A DNA stretch of 64,000 nucleotides. Source: Eledone cirrhosa. Its lineage: Eukaryota. Positions 25,001 through 38,528 of this stretch are shown here, piece after piece. Made by a program: the position numbers and the translations under genes. Under the pieces are notes generated by a model. It saw only the letters and a program-made list of their open reading frames with translations. It had not been told where the DNA came from and did no database searches. Each line of letters starts with the position of its first letter. Position 1 is the stretch's first letter. The stretch is taken from the NCBI GenBank assembly GCA_964016885.1, contig OZ024754.1:38750001-38814000 (forward strand), in the 5' to 3' direction.

Positions 25001-26050
25001 GTGTGAAGAAAAGTTTAGCTGGTCTCCTATGAGGTTGCATTTCAGAGGAGTGTTTTAATGACAGAGGTCCCAGTCCTATCATGAAAGGTAATGTGAAATG
25101 AAGTGTGTTGCTCAAAGGTCCAAGAATTGAACACATGACAACCTAAAAATGTAAACAATTTAATGCATGTTTGAAGAAAATTTTTCAAACATGAATCATT
25201 GATTGCAATATCAAGCATGTTTGATGAAAATTTCTTAAATGTGATGTAATATCAAACATGTACATTTGACGACATCAAAAATATGTTTAATGAAAGCTTA
25301 AATTATAGATAAAACAAAACATTTCTCAAATATATCATCATTTCTACATCCACTTTTTCATGTTGGCATAGGTTTGGATGGGAGGGTCTGAGACAATTTT
25401 TTTACAGCCAAGTGCTTTTCCTAATCACAATCAATTTAATTGCTTCTAATGACATGTAGGGATACCGTGTACTTATTCATGTGTAATGAAACATCAAATA
25501 TGTGTGACAAATTAATATAACAAAGTGGTTGGTGTTAGGAAGGTCATCCAGCAGTAGAAAATTGACCTAATTTCGAAGCTATGAAAGTGAGAAGTAACTC
25601 CTGGCCCATCCCTGAGCATAGTAGCTATAATCAAATACTGACACATCCAGCCTATCATTATCATCATCGTTTAACGTCTATCTTCCATGCTAACATGGGT
25701 TTAGACGGGAATTGTCCCACTTGAGGCAAGATTGGTCGTCTCGCTCGTATAGGACTGTCTGGCGGGTTTTCTACGGCTGGATGCCCTTCCTAGCACCAAC
25801 CACGTTTACAGTGTGGACTGGGAGGTTTTTACCGTGTTACCTACATGGCCACATTACAGCGTGGACTTTGTGTTTTTCTTTTGTCGTGACACCTACACGA
25901 CCTCATTTGTTTAGGACTGGATGTTGTGGCACCAACATAACTTTACATTGAAAGGGGTGGTGTTGATGGGGGTGGGAGTAGGGGCAGTGGGATGATCAAC
26001 ACGGAAATACTGACATAAACATAAACTTTAAGTAAAGGTAAAAAAACTAC

Positions 26051-26182
26051 CTTTGAAGTTGCTCTTTCTTGGCTGCTTCATCTAATGGCTTTATTTTGTG
26101 TTCACAGGCAGCAAAGTTTGTGTGTTTAGTTCTAGCTGCATGCATACTCATTTCATCCTGGTTGCGCAAAGGTTTTCCACAG
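26051..26182 (-). CDS. UBXN1: UBXN1-like exon, C2H2-type zinc finger
   Basis: ttctctAG acceptor and GTAG donor; (D)CGKPLRNQDEMSMHAARTKHTNFAACEHKIKPLDEAAKKEQLQ completes C-x2-C-x12-H-x5-H. Missed by the ORF track. Confidence 0.9.
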
Positions 26183-26573
26183 CTAGAGAAAGAAATATTT
26201 CTTATAAATGGAATCACAAGATGGTGATAGGATGAAAAGAAATATCATGACAGGTGACAGCTTCAGTGTCATAGCCAGAGATTATATCATCTGGAAGAGC
26301 ATCTTTCAGTAAAACATTGCTTCAGAAAGGTCTCCCTGTGTATGAAGCTTGTCCACTTTAGCAGGGAAAAATCACCATAAAACAGTGGTTGATATATCAG
26401 TATAATGTAAGTACAATATTCACATCTCTCTCAAATTCACTTAACAACTTTGAAAAGGGGTATTTTCCTCCAAAATATATTGGGAGCAAAGCTAACTGTT
26501 ACAGACAAGAATAGTAAACATAGTAGCAGCTAAACAGTTAAATAATTAAATGTCAGAACAAACATGAACTTAC

Positions 26574-26715
26574 TCTGTACATTTGTAAGATTGAGGAACA
26601 GGTTCACCAACTTCTTCTGTTGGTTTTCTGTCACCATCTTCTACTGCTACTTCTTCTTCTACTGCTACTTCTTCTTCTTCTGCTGCTGCTTCTTCTTCTT
26701 CTTCTTTGTTGTCAT
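26574..26715 (-). CDS. UBXN1: UBXN1-like exon (acidic tract, start of zinc finger)
   Basis: (D)DNKEEEEEAAAEEEEVAVEEEVAVEDG...PQSYKCT; donor GA|GTAAGT. The AAG acceptor is weak, so the 5' boundary is less sure. Confidence 0.78.
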
Positions 26716-26810
26716 CTTTTACGCCATAAAATATAAAGCAGAAAGAAATTATATATACACACACACACATATATATATACACATGCACACTCAAAACACA
26801 CACATATATA

Positions 26811-27060
26811 TCATCATTTCATTTTACGTCCGCTTTTCCCTGCTTGCAAGGGTGGGACGGGAACTGATGCTGGCTTGATTTCTACAGCTGGATGCCCTTC
26901 CTAACACCAACCTCATTTACAGTGAGTGCTGGGTGCTTTTTTGCCGTGGCACCTCCACGACCACTTTGCAGTGGAATGATAGAGACCCCAGTCCCTATCA
27001 TCTCATTTCTACAGCTGAGTAAACTGGAGCAATGTGAAATAAAATGTCTTGCTCAAGGAA
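26811..27060 (-). mobile_element. SINE family A, 5'-truncated
   Basis: Matches the body and tail of 4092-4426. Confidence 0.78.
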
Positions 27061-27754
27061 TATATATATATATACACACACACACATATATATACGTATA
27101 TCTTCACACAACTACACATGACAAAATGCACCCAGTACACTCTGTAAAGTGGTAGTGATTGTGCCACAATAAAATTACATCTTTATGATTATAATCATTT
27201 TATTCATTTAATCGTGGATTGGCCGAGTTGGTAGAGCATCAGACTCTTGCTTAGAAGTATTTATTCGTACTCTTTACTTCCTGAGTTCAACTTTGCTTTT
27301 CCCCTATGAAGTCGATAAATAAAGTACCAGTGAAATACTGGGGTCGATATAATCGACTTTCCCTTCTCTTATAGTGTTGGCCTTGTACCGAAATTAGAAA
27401 TCATTTGCCTTTTTAAATATCAATATGTATAGTTTTTCATTTGATTTATTGATTTATTGATTGTTTTAGCTACCTTTCTACATCTATTCATTTTCTGAAC
27501 AGATTGACCTTAATATATGTCCAGTATCACAAGGAATATGTCGCCTAGGTCACCACAACAACTATGGCAATAGGTAATGAATCTTAGTGACACGGAACCA
27601 GCATCATCATCGTTTAATGTCCATTTTCCACCCTAGCATGGGTAGGACGGACTGTCCCTTTGTGAAAGATCGATCAGGTCGGAGGACTGTGATTCGCTCA
27701 CACACAACTGATTTTGGCTTGGTTTCTACGGCTGGGTGCCCTTCCTAATGCCGA

Positions 27755-28036
27755 CCACATTTACAGTGTGGACTGGGTGCTTTTTGTCATGACACCTACA
27801 TGACCACTTTACAGTGTAGACTGGGTGCCTTTTGTCATGACACCTACATGACCACTTTACAGTGTGGACTGGGTGCCTTTTGTCATGACACCTACATGAC
27901 CACTTTACAGTGTGGACTGGGTGCTTTTTGTCATGACACCTACATGACCACTTTACAGTGTGGACTGGGTGCTTTTTGTCATGACACCTACATGACCACT
28001 TTACAGTGTGGACTGGGTGCTTTTTGTCGTGACACA
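27755..28036. repeat. 48-bp tandem array derived from the RTE 3'UTR
   Basis: About 6 copies of tttacagtgtggactgggtgctttttgtcatgacacctacatgaccac. Confidence 0.92.
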
Positions 28037-28484
28037 GCATCCACATAAGAAATGACTGGCTGGTAGAATAGTTTTTACAATTCATATATGCTGGCCCACC
28101 CTATCATGTCTATTAATATAAGGTTGTAACACTGGTGTCAGGATAAAAAAAAGCACCCAGTCCACCCTGTAAAGTGGTAGTGCTTGTGCCATGACAAAAA
28201 ACACCCAGTCCACCCTTAAAGACAGTAGTGCTAGAGTTAGTAAAGTGGTTGGTGTTAGGAAGCACACATGAGCAAGACATAGTCACCTGACAACTTGTCT
28301 GGCCTTAGTATGTGAAAGCTCGCCTAACCCAAGCAAGCAGAGAAAATAGACGTTAAATCATCATCATCATCATCATTATTTTACGTCCGCTTTTCCCTGC
28401 TTGCAAGGGTTGGATAATGATAATGTTGATGAGAGGAAATAACATTCAAGAATAGGTTTTCAAGACTTCTTACAATTCACTTAC

Positions 28485-28516
28485 CATTGTCAATATCTAT
28501 GGAAGCTGTTGAATCC
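28485..28516 (-). CDS. UBXN1: UBXN1-like 32-nt exon
   Basis: Strong ttttcttcccAG acceptor and GTAAGT donor. The only open frame ([10 protein letters not shown]) ends in phase 1, matching the next exon. Confidence 0.65.
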
Positions 28517-29073
28517 CTGGGAAGAAAAAAAGAAAAGAAAATATGAACAATCACATAGGCTCACATGTACATACATGTACATACATTATATATATGTATA
28601 TATATATACACACATACACATAATATATATATATATATATACACAGACACACATAATATATATATATATATACACACAGACACACATAATATATATATAT
28701 ATATACACACAGACACACATAATATATATATATATATATATATACACACAGACACACATAATATATATATATATATACACAGACACACATAATATATATA
28801 TATATATATACACACAGACACACATAATATATATATATACACAAACACACATATATATATGTATATATAAATATATATATCTATATATATATATATCTAT
28901 ATATATAAATATATATATATATATATACGATATTAAATAAATGGAAACTATATTTATAAAACCATATTTATTTCATTATATATATTTCAGGGATATCATA
29001 TTAAAAATATGTTATGCCTTCCTCAGACAAAATACAATATAAACAGTCTTATAAATAGATAGATTCGACATAC

Positions 29074-29140
29074 CTTTCAACATCGACTTCAATTTGAAAA
29101 GTTGAATTGGTAGTAAATATACTCCAAATACTTGTTGAGT
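29074..29140 (-). CDS. Candidate upstream exon of the UBXN1-like gene (5' boundary unknown)
   Basis: Strong AAG|GTATGT donor; the phase-2 frame ...IWSIFTTNSTFQIEVDVE(R) is open back to a TAA near 29143, with no in-frame ATG. Confidence 0.35.
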
Positions 29141-29328
29141 GCTTTTATATCAGTTATAAATATTTACTCGTTGTTAACCCAACAATTTAAATAAAACTTT
29201 GCATATATATATATATATATATATATGCATATATGTGAATGAAGTAATCCCGTCGGAAAAGTCCAGGAAAAAAGAGTGCTCTATGTAGGTAACAGAGCTT
29301 AATAGTTATGTAATAAACAACATAAGGC

Positions 29329-29421
<93 letters not shown>

Positions 29422-29549
29422 TCCAGTACTAGGCTGCTGCTTATTTATCAACTTTGAAAGGATTTGATCACAGAACACTCAGAACCAGAATGAATACACC
29501 AAAGTATTCTATCTGACATCTTAAGAACTCTGCTAATTCACAACCCTAA

Positions 29550-29760
29550 CCCTTTAGCATTTAAACTGGCCAGAATTCTCTAACCTCATTCTGTTCAAAC
29601 TGGCTGTAATTGGCCACTCATACTGATGTTAAGATATTGTTCTCAAAATAAATAACATCAAAATCGCATAGATTTGATATTATGTGAAATAATTATGTGA
29701 GATAAAGCCTTTACCATGAAAATACAATAGTATATATAGAGTAATGTGAATGCTAAAGGG
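29550..29760. mobile_element. piggyBac-like MITE
   Basis: CTAA|CCCTTTAGCATT...AATGCTAAAGGG|TTAA. Confidence 0.85.
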
Positions 29761-30430
29761 TTAAATTAACATATACAGACTCTAAAGTAAATTTTATGTA
29801 GATATAACTAGCATGACCTCAGTCCAATGACTAAAACCAATAAAAAGAAAAATAAAGAATCTCTTAAACTTGGCATTTAATTTAGAAAATAAAAGAGTGA
29901 AGTGTACAGAGTTTTGTCAGGTGCAATTTTGATTCAAAGTAGAAGTAGAGATAATTATATACACACCACACACAATGAAGTTAATTCATTAGAATTGTTT
30001 GGCTTCAAGTAATTAATTAAGGCAGAGGATAGTGACCACAGTTATTACTACAGGACATGCTGACCCAGTATTACACATGTCTCAGGCTCAGCTGACAGAA
30101 CTTGGAATGGGCCCCTATCCACAGTTATAGAATATACCCTAGGGGTAATGGGCAATGATTTCAATTATTACTACAAGACCCTGACTTAGACAAGTCCGAG
30201 GGTCAGCTAGCTCCAGCTGTCACTACTTGCAATGGCCCTCAATCCTGGGTAATGAAAATGCCCTCTTCTCCTTGACTTTGAATTCCTAGCTTGGAATCCC
30301 ACCTGTGTTAAGCAGGGAAGAGATATTGAACAAAGCTAGCAACCACACCTCCAGTAGTTGAGTTTGCTACAGAAACAATGATGTCACTATATGTTCCACA
30401 GGGAGCAAAAGGAACCAAAAAAAGAATTAA

Positions 30431-30651
30431 CCCATTAGCATTTAAACCGGCTTTATCCAGCCAGTATTTTCTCACCTCTTTCTGTTCAAACCAACCATAA
30501 CTGGCTGCTCATACTTATGTTAAGGTATTATTTTCAAAATAAATAATATCAAAATCTCTTAGATTCAATATTATGTGGGATAATTATGTGAAATAAAGTG
30601 TTTACTGTGAAAATACAATAGTAAATATGGAGTAATATAAATGCTACAGGG
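30431..30651. mobile_element. piggyBac-like MITE
   Basis: TTAA flanks and the same internal sequence; further degenerate copies near 30935-31128, 31640-31790, 11742-11878 and 535-675. Confidence 0.8.
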
Positions 30652-32014
30652 TTAAGAGAGGGTGAGAGAGAAAGTGTGTGTATATATGTGTGGATGCTGC
30701 AAGAAGCAAGTTTACAACAGTTTCTATTTCCATAATAAGTTTCATCACTGACTTTTTTAGAATAACAACAGACACACACACTTAATAGTTTTGTATTCCA
30801 CCTAACAAATGTTAAATTTTTTACACATTTTAGTTTTACAAGCACGTTTAACTCAAAGTTCTGTACTGATTGAAACTGCATTAGCAAAACATTGTTGAAA
30901 AGTACAAAACAATACTATGATTGTATCATATTAACTCTAGCATTTAAACCAACCATATCCAACCAAAATTCTCCAGCCTCTTTCTGTTCAAACAGGCCGT
31001 AACCGGTCACTCATACTGAGATGTTAAGGTATTGTTCTTAAAATAAATAACATCAAAAACTCGTAGCTTTGATACTATATGAGGTAAAGCTTTTACCATG
31101 AAAATACAATAGTGTATATAAAGGGGTAAACATGTACTGGGAGCATTTTATGATGGTGCTGGCACTACCATCTTATATGGAGGACAGGGTGCTTTTTATC
31201 ACCAACACCAACACTTTCACTTTAGAATGGACTACCTTATAATACATAATACACTAGTATTAGGGTACGAGTTGTGTCCTTAGCCAGGCTGGGAAGGCAA
31301 TGATGAAAGTGGGGGGGGGGGGTAGTGGTTGGGGGGGGGGGAGTTAGTGGTTTGGGAGTGGGGGTGGTACATTTTGTTTGCATCTCACAGTGGGAGAGCA
31401 ACTGCCAAATTACATGTTACAGTATATTGTGGGGCATGCCCAGCTTTCTATGGTGGCCTGGGGTGGGCAGTGAAGGCGAGGTGGGGTTGTGGGTGGGTGG
31501 ATGAGGGGGATTGGGGTACATTGTATTACAGTATTTCCATGCTAGCATGAGTAGGGTGATGAAGGGTGTAGGAGTGGGAGCTAATATGGGTGAAGCCCAA
31601 AGGGAGGGCAGGGTGAGTGCATCCATGTTTCTATGCAGTTACATTACTTTATATATACTATTGTATTTTCATGGTAAAGGCTTTATCTCACATAATATTG
31701 AATCTATGAGATTTTGACATTATTTATTTTGAGAAGAATACCTTAACGTTGGAATGAGAGGCCTGTCACGGCTGGTTTAAATGCTAAAAGAAGGTGAAGG
31801 AGGGCAGTGAGAAGTATTTGGAGCACACTGGCTGACAGAGACCTCTCAACCTCTTTATTTACCGTCGTCTCTCTCGGCTCATTTCATCCCACTCACACGA
31901 GGAGGCAAGTCTTCTGTACCAGTGAGTGTCGCCAGTCAACTCAATCCAATGACATTTCTCCAGTCAGATACAGCCACATGACATCAGCCTTCACCACATC
32001 ATCCCACGTTTTAG

Positions 32015-32620
32015 CACCAGGTCCACACTATAAGTGGTCATGTTGGTGACATGACAAAAAGCACCCAGTCCACACTGTAAAGTGGTCATGTTGGTGACAC
32101 GACAAAAAGCACCCAGTCCACACTCTAAAGTGGTCATGTTGGTGACATGACAAAAAGCACCCAGTCCATACTGTAAAGTGGTCGTGCTGGTGACACGACA
32201 AAAAGCACCCAGTTCACCCTGTAAGGTGGTCGATTTGGTGCCATGACAAAAAGAACCCAGTCCACACTGTATAGTGGTTGTGTAGGTGTCATGACAAAAA
32301 GCACCCAGTCCACACTGTAGGGTGGTAGTGCTGGTAACATGACAAAAAGCACCCAGTATGGTGGTCGTGCTGATACTTGTCCACACAGTAAAGTGGTTGT
32401 GTTGGTGACCACGACAAAAAGCACCCAGCCCACACTGTAAAGTGGTCGTGTAGGTGCCACGGTAAAAAAACACCCGGTACTCACTGTAAATGAGATTAGC
32501 GTTAGGTAGGGCATCCAGCTGTAGAAACCAAGCCAAAATCAGTTCTGCATGTGCAAGACAAGGGCACCTGACCTAGCATTGCTCACAACAGAACATCTTG
32601 TCTAAGCCATGCTAGCGTGA
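32015..32620 (+). repeat. RTE-type 3'UTR with about nine diverged 48-bp tandem units
   Basis: Repeated acaaaaagcacccagtccacactgtaaagtggtc..., followed by the gggcatcc motif and a tail. Confidence 0.85.
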
Positions 32621-33149
32621 GTTCAAATCCCACCGAGGTTATCTTTGCCTTGAATATTTCCTTTTGAGGTCGATAAATAAAGTACCAGTCATATATTGAG
32701 CTTGATTTTTTTCGATTTTTTTCGCTATCTCTCTCCTCTTTCACTTGAAGACAAAGGGTGTGATGGACTCCACCATGATAGCACCTCTATAACTTCATAA
32801 TGACTTTAGGACCTATGAATGGGTGTATATATATATTCAGAGTCTTGTTACTCTGTAGTTTGCCTGTTTATCACAGGGTCATCAGTCATATGAAACAGCC
32901 TTTTGTACTGCTTATTATAATAAATTACTCTATTTTGAGCTGTGTTTAACTTCTCCACCCATGTTTCCAATTTTTTATCTCGTTTTTGTAAAAAATGATA
33001 TCTATTTCATATATATATATGTATATATATTATATACAAAGATGGTATGGTAAGAAACCAGGTGGACCATAACACACCAGAGTACTCGATACTTTGGTGC
33101 GTCGAAATGGCCAGAGCTCAGCCGTCGGGGTCCTAACTCTTTTTCTATT

Positions 33150-33486
33150 ATATATATATATAATTATTATTATTATTATATATATATATTATATATATTA
33201 TATTATATATATATATTATATTATATTATATATATTATATACATTATATTTATATTATATATATATATTATATTATATTTATTATATTATATATATATAT
33301 ATATTATATTATATATATTATATTATATATATATATTATATTATATATATTATATTATATATATTATATTTATTATATTATATATATATATTATATTATA
33401 TTATATTATATTATATTATATTATATATATTATATACATTATATTTATATTATATGTATATATTATATTATATTATATATATATAT
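33150..33486. repeat. Almost pure A/T low-complexity tract
   Basis: (TA)n and (ATT)n mosaic. Confidence 0.95.
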
Positions 33487-33683
33487 CAAATTATCCTGAG
33501 TTGGTTTTCTCGATGCTTTGGTCCTTGGGGCTGGCTCACCAGTCGCAGTCTTCAATTTGTCAAGCTTTCTAAACGTATGTTATTACTCTAAGGTATGTTA
33601 TTACCTTATCGAGTGCTTAGCTGTACATTCTGGATGGCATTCGTTAGCTTGGCCGTAACCAGAGCTTTGATTTTACTGAACTT

Positions 33684-33740
<57 letters not shown>

Positions 33741-33907
33741 AGGAAGTATGACGGCAGAGCTCAAGCCGTTTCGATGGCTATTTCTGGACTAATATGTTAA
33801 GTGTATGAAACTTCGTTTATACTATATAAACTCTTGCAACAGATTGAGCACCGTTCTCTTTGATCTTTCATCTACGGATTTCTATAAACACACACACACA
33901 CACACAC

Positions 33908-33997
<90 letters not shown>

Positions 33998-34020
33998 ATA
34001 TATATATATATATATATATA

Positions 34021-34146
34021 GTGAAGGCGTGTGGCTGAGTGGTTAGAGAAGAGAATTGGATTCGCAATTGTAAGGTTGTGAGTTCGATTCCTGGACCAGG
34101 CGATGCGTTATGTCCTTGAGCAAGACACTTTATTTCACGTTGCTCC
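34021..34146 (+). mobile_element. SINE head related to family A
   Basis: TGGCTGAGTGG A box, GAGTTCGATTCC B box, then ccttgagcaagacactttatttcac. Confidence 0.7.
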
Positions 34147-34243
34147 TTCTACCTGGAGTTGCGACCGATAGATAGTATTAGCAATTGGAAAGACCAACGG
34201 AAACATTGTTCCTTCGGTCCGAATTGACGAAAGTCGATCGCTC

Positions 34244-34301
<58 letters not shown>

Positions 34302-34512
34302 AAAAAGGTGCCAAAAGATATGCATACACCACAACACAGGACGCTGAAGTTTCCCTCTAATATGTTTTTAGGCATGCCAACACGCTCGCAGCACTGCCAC
34401 GGGTTAAGACGTTGTAAGAACCAAGCATATGAAGCTTAATGAATGCAAGCTTTGCTGAAAACCGTAGCCATGTTGTAAGAATACGAATAAATCTCTTCTT
34501 AAATTATGTGTG

Positions 34513-34561
<49 letters not shown>

Positions 34562-35040
34562 CGCAGATCTCTGAATGTATAAATATGTCGATTAATATAG
34601 CTAATTACGAAAGTGACTAAAAATTGCCAAACTAAGCAAAAAATTAAGAGACAAAAAAAAAAACACGAATACAAAAATAAAAACAACATAGCAATTTTGT
34701 CATCGATTAATCAACATAATGATAGGCAAATTTCGGAAAAATTAGTCATAGACGTGGTGAGTTCAGCATGGTAAGAACGACCAGATTCTTCAAATAGTAA
34801 TTTCGAATTCATTGGAAAATGAAAGTTATTATTTAAAATACAATAATGATGACGACAGTGGTGATTTGAAAAAGAAAAAAAATATCGTAGAATATTTCAA
34901 ATAAAGAAACCATATCTAAAGGTGTTTAATTTGCGAGGCTGGTTGTCGCATTATCTACTATATATATATATATATATATACACATACATTACATACATAT
35001 TGATGTATAGATGTGTGAATGTTTAGACGGGTATGTATAT

Positions 35041-35096
<56 letters not shown>

Positions 35097-36137
35097 ATGT
35101 ATGTGTGTGTGTGCGTGTATAAAGACCACACATACATTCAATGAATTGGTGTTGCTGTCTAGAAATATACTATTCGAGATGGAAGTAAAATAGTTTTAGA
35201 AGTAGAAGCTGAAAGGGAAATGTTCCTATCACAATATATTACTATCGATGTTACTTTATACTTACATTTTACGGCTGTTTTCCTTCTCTATCGTTTATTT
35301 TATTGGTTTCGGCTTTTGTTTCTGCTGGTTATGGATTCAGAAAAAAAACCAAAACAACCTTCGTTGATGATTTAATGAAACAGCTATTGTAGGAGGCGCC
35401 ACGGGAAAAATACACCGTGATAATAGAGTTATCCCCCTTACAAGCTCTGTTCTAATACAAAAACAAAAAACAACAATAATGATAACGATTTCTAATTTTA
35501 ACACAAGGCCAGCAATTTAAGGCAGTCGATTATATCGATCCCTAGTACTTGACTGGTACTTTATTTTATTGACACTTAGAAGGATGAAAGGTGGGATTTA
35601 AACTCGGAATGTAAACAGCCAGGACAAATACCGTAACATATTTCCCTCACCGTATTAACGATTCTTAATATAATAATTTCTAATTTAGGCACAGGGCCAA
35701 CAATTTGAGCTAAAATGAAGTCTATAATATCGATCCAAATACTTGACTGGTACTTTAGTTTATCGACACTTACAAAGTCGAAAGGCAAAGTTTACCTCAG
35801 CCGGATTTGAAATCAGAAATAAGCCGTAACAAACATCGTTCAACAGTTGTCAAACGATTTTGCCAATCTGACACCCTAGCAAAAATAGTAATATTGGTTT
35901 CTAATTCTGACACAAAGCCAACAATTAATGTAGGAAGAAAGTCAATTAAATTCACTCCAAGACTCCAATATGTTACTGATACTATATTTTATTGACCCCG
36001 GAATGATAAAAGACTGGTATTTGTTTAATTGACTCATTACAGGCATGTGGTTCGAATGTCTAAAGAAAGAATCATTGGATACATTTTAAAGACAAAACAA
36101 GGAGTAGACCCTGAGCAAGCTGACTTGATAACATCGA

Positions 36138-36365
36138 TGAGTTCAGCTGGTCTTGTTTGGAGATGGTTACTTCTGTGAGTTCAGCTGGTCTTGTTTGGAG
36201 ATGGTTACTTCTGTGAGTTCAGCTGGTCTTGTTTGGAGATGGTTACTTCTGTGAGTTCAGCTGGTCTTGTTTGGAGATGGTTACTTCTGTGAGTTCAGCT
36301 GGTCTTGTTTGGAGATGGTTACTTCTGTGAGTTCAGCTGGTCTTGTTTGGAGATGGTTACTTCTG
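36138..36365. repeat. 38-bp minisatellite, 6 identical copies
   Basis: Unit tgagttcagctggtcttgtttggagatggttacttctg; 228 bp equals 6 x 38. Confidence 0.97.
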
Positions 36366-37059
36366 ACAGGACCTGTTAGAAAGCATGCTTGAGAATTCTG
36401 CCCCAACTATCCTCCTAGGAATCCGATGGTTGGCTAAAAAGTTCATAGGCTGACCAAGATACCTCTCTAATGAGGTTTATTTTTCAACATAGACCCTAGA
36501 AAGAAACAAGGCAATTATTAATAAGAAGAGTTGAAATTAATGCGTACAAGATTTCACATCACCAGTATCACTCCTTCATAGTCAGCTTATGAATTTTTCA
36601 TCATATCCTTGTCTTGTAAGTGGGCCAAAAAAAAAAAAAAAATACCCACGTAAGTATGAAAGGCAAAGTTGACCTCAGTAGGATTTGAACTCAGAGTGGA
36701 AAGCTACAACATATACCAAGACATTTACTCCAATACTCTAACAACTCTGCCAATTCTTTGGCTAGAAAAATTATGTGCACAAATAATTGTTTCTACTTGG
36801 TTTCTACTTTAGGCACAAGGCCAGCAATTTGAAAGGGAGGGGGTAAGTCGATCAAATCAACCCCAGTGCATTACTGGTACTTTATTTTATCGACCCTGTA
36901 AGTATGAAAGGCAAAGCTAACCTTGGTGGGATTTGAACTCAGACTGTAAAGGGTTGTAACTCAATGCTACAAAGAATGGTATCTGATGCTCTACTGATAC
37001 TGCCAATCGACCACCCTAACATACTTAAATAATGGTATTAGATTTAGGCACAAGGTCAG

Positions 37060-37159
<100 letters not shown>

Positions 37160-37237
37160 TATATTATATTTTGAGAATAAACTCTCAGTCGTTTACAATA
37201 AATCAGCTCCAAGAAAGGGGCATTTCCAAGCAGTTAA

Positions 37238-37975
37238 TACATTAATATATATGATAAACACAAAACGTGTTTGCATTGTAACAGACAAAGTTAGCTATCA
37301 ATGAAATAAACTAATTAAAGTGAATACAATTTGTCTGTCTCGATATAAGTCAATAAAGACAAGCTTATATTGGCAAAAGCCGTGATTCCTGGACAAATCT
37401 AAATTTCAAAATCCAAACCCGCTCCGTAGATGAATTTGAATCTCGAAACCTAAATATGTTTCGCAACGATGGTACATGAATTGAAAAATAAAGAGAATCG
37501 AAATGGAATTGAAATAAAAAGTGAAATATCCAAATCTTCTGTGCTTATCAACAGGAACCCAGTAAAATTAGTACATTCCACCATCAAAAATTTTGCAGGT
37601 CTGACTACACGTGTGTGTAGCCAGGCCAAACTAGCCGTCCTGCATTCCCGGTGCTAGAAATAACAGCCGTTTATGCGGGATTAAAGATCAGCTCTACAGT
37701 TAAGGAGCAATATACTATATTATATTTTTCAATTCATGTACCATTGTTGCGAAACATATTTAGGTTTCGAGATTCAAATTCATCTACGAAGCGGGTTTGG
37801 ATTTTGAAATTTAGATTTGTCCAGGAATCACGGCTTTTGCCAATATAAGCTTGTCTTTATTGACTTATATCAAGACAGACAAATTGTATTCACTTTAATT
37901 AGTTTATTTCATTGATAGCTAACTTTGTCTGCTGCAATGTAAACACGTTTTGTGTTTATCATATATATTAATGTA
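37238..37975. mobile_element. Foldback element with 253-bp inverted repeats
   Basis: 37238-37490 is the near-perfect reverse complement of 37723-37975; 232-bp spacer; lies between (TA)n runs. Confidence 0.85.
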
Positions 37976-38357
37976 TATATATATATATATATTTCATTTA
38001 TGTTGTGTGGTTTACCAATGGGTAGACATAGTAATTCCAGTTAGTAAACCAGGATGTAATAGTAATAAAAGCACTCTACATACTGCAACTCCTCCATTGT
38101 AGATGTTTAATCCTGTCATTGGTGCAGGAAGTGAGTTAAATATTTATTTAAAACAACAAGAGGCTGCATTTATTTTTGCAAATTTAAAACTTTAAAAGGA
38201 TATTTCCTGTCTGGCCTTCTCATATATATATATATATATATATATATCATCATCATCATCATCACCGTTTTACGTCCGTTCTTCCACGCTAGCATGGGTT
38301 AGACGGGTTGTCCTGTTGTGTGCAGTGTCTGGTCGGCTGACCATGCCTTGCTCATAC

Positions 38358-38406
<49 letters not shown>

Positions 38407-38528
38407 GGAGGTGAGTTTTATTGTAGTACAATAAAGTAAATGCAGATATCGGATAAGTAGCACTCTACAGTTTGTAGGACTGGAGTATAAATAATATAAG
38501 ATCAAAAGATGGTTAAAAGAGTTCCATG

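Noticed and set aside
29074-29083. ATG TTG AAA G as the UBXN1-like start
   Set aside because: Spliced to the 32-nt exon it reaches TAG after a few codons; it would work only if that exon is skipped, which cannot be tested here.
34735-34770. Minus-strand frame reading AELTT, like the start of human UBXN1
   Set aside because: The adjacent ATG is out of frame and no UBA MGF motif follows; likely coincidence.
36138-36365. CRISPR-like appearance of the 26-60 bp arrays
   Set aside because: Units are head-to-tail with no unique spacers, there are no cas genes, and the context is eukaryotic.
37594-37644. Hammerhead-like pattern in the spacer of the 253-bp foldback
   Set aside because: CUGACUA and CAAA replace CUGANGA and GAAA, and the spacing is wrong; too many core defects.
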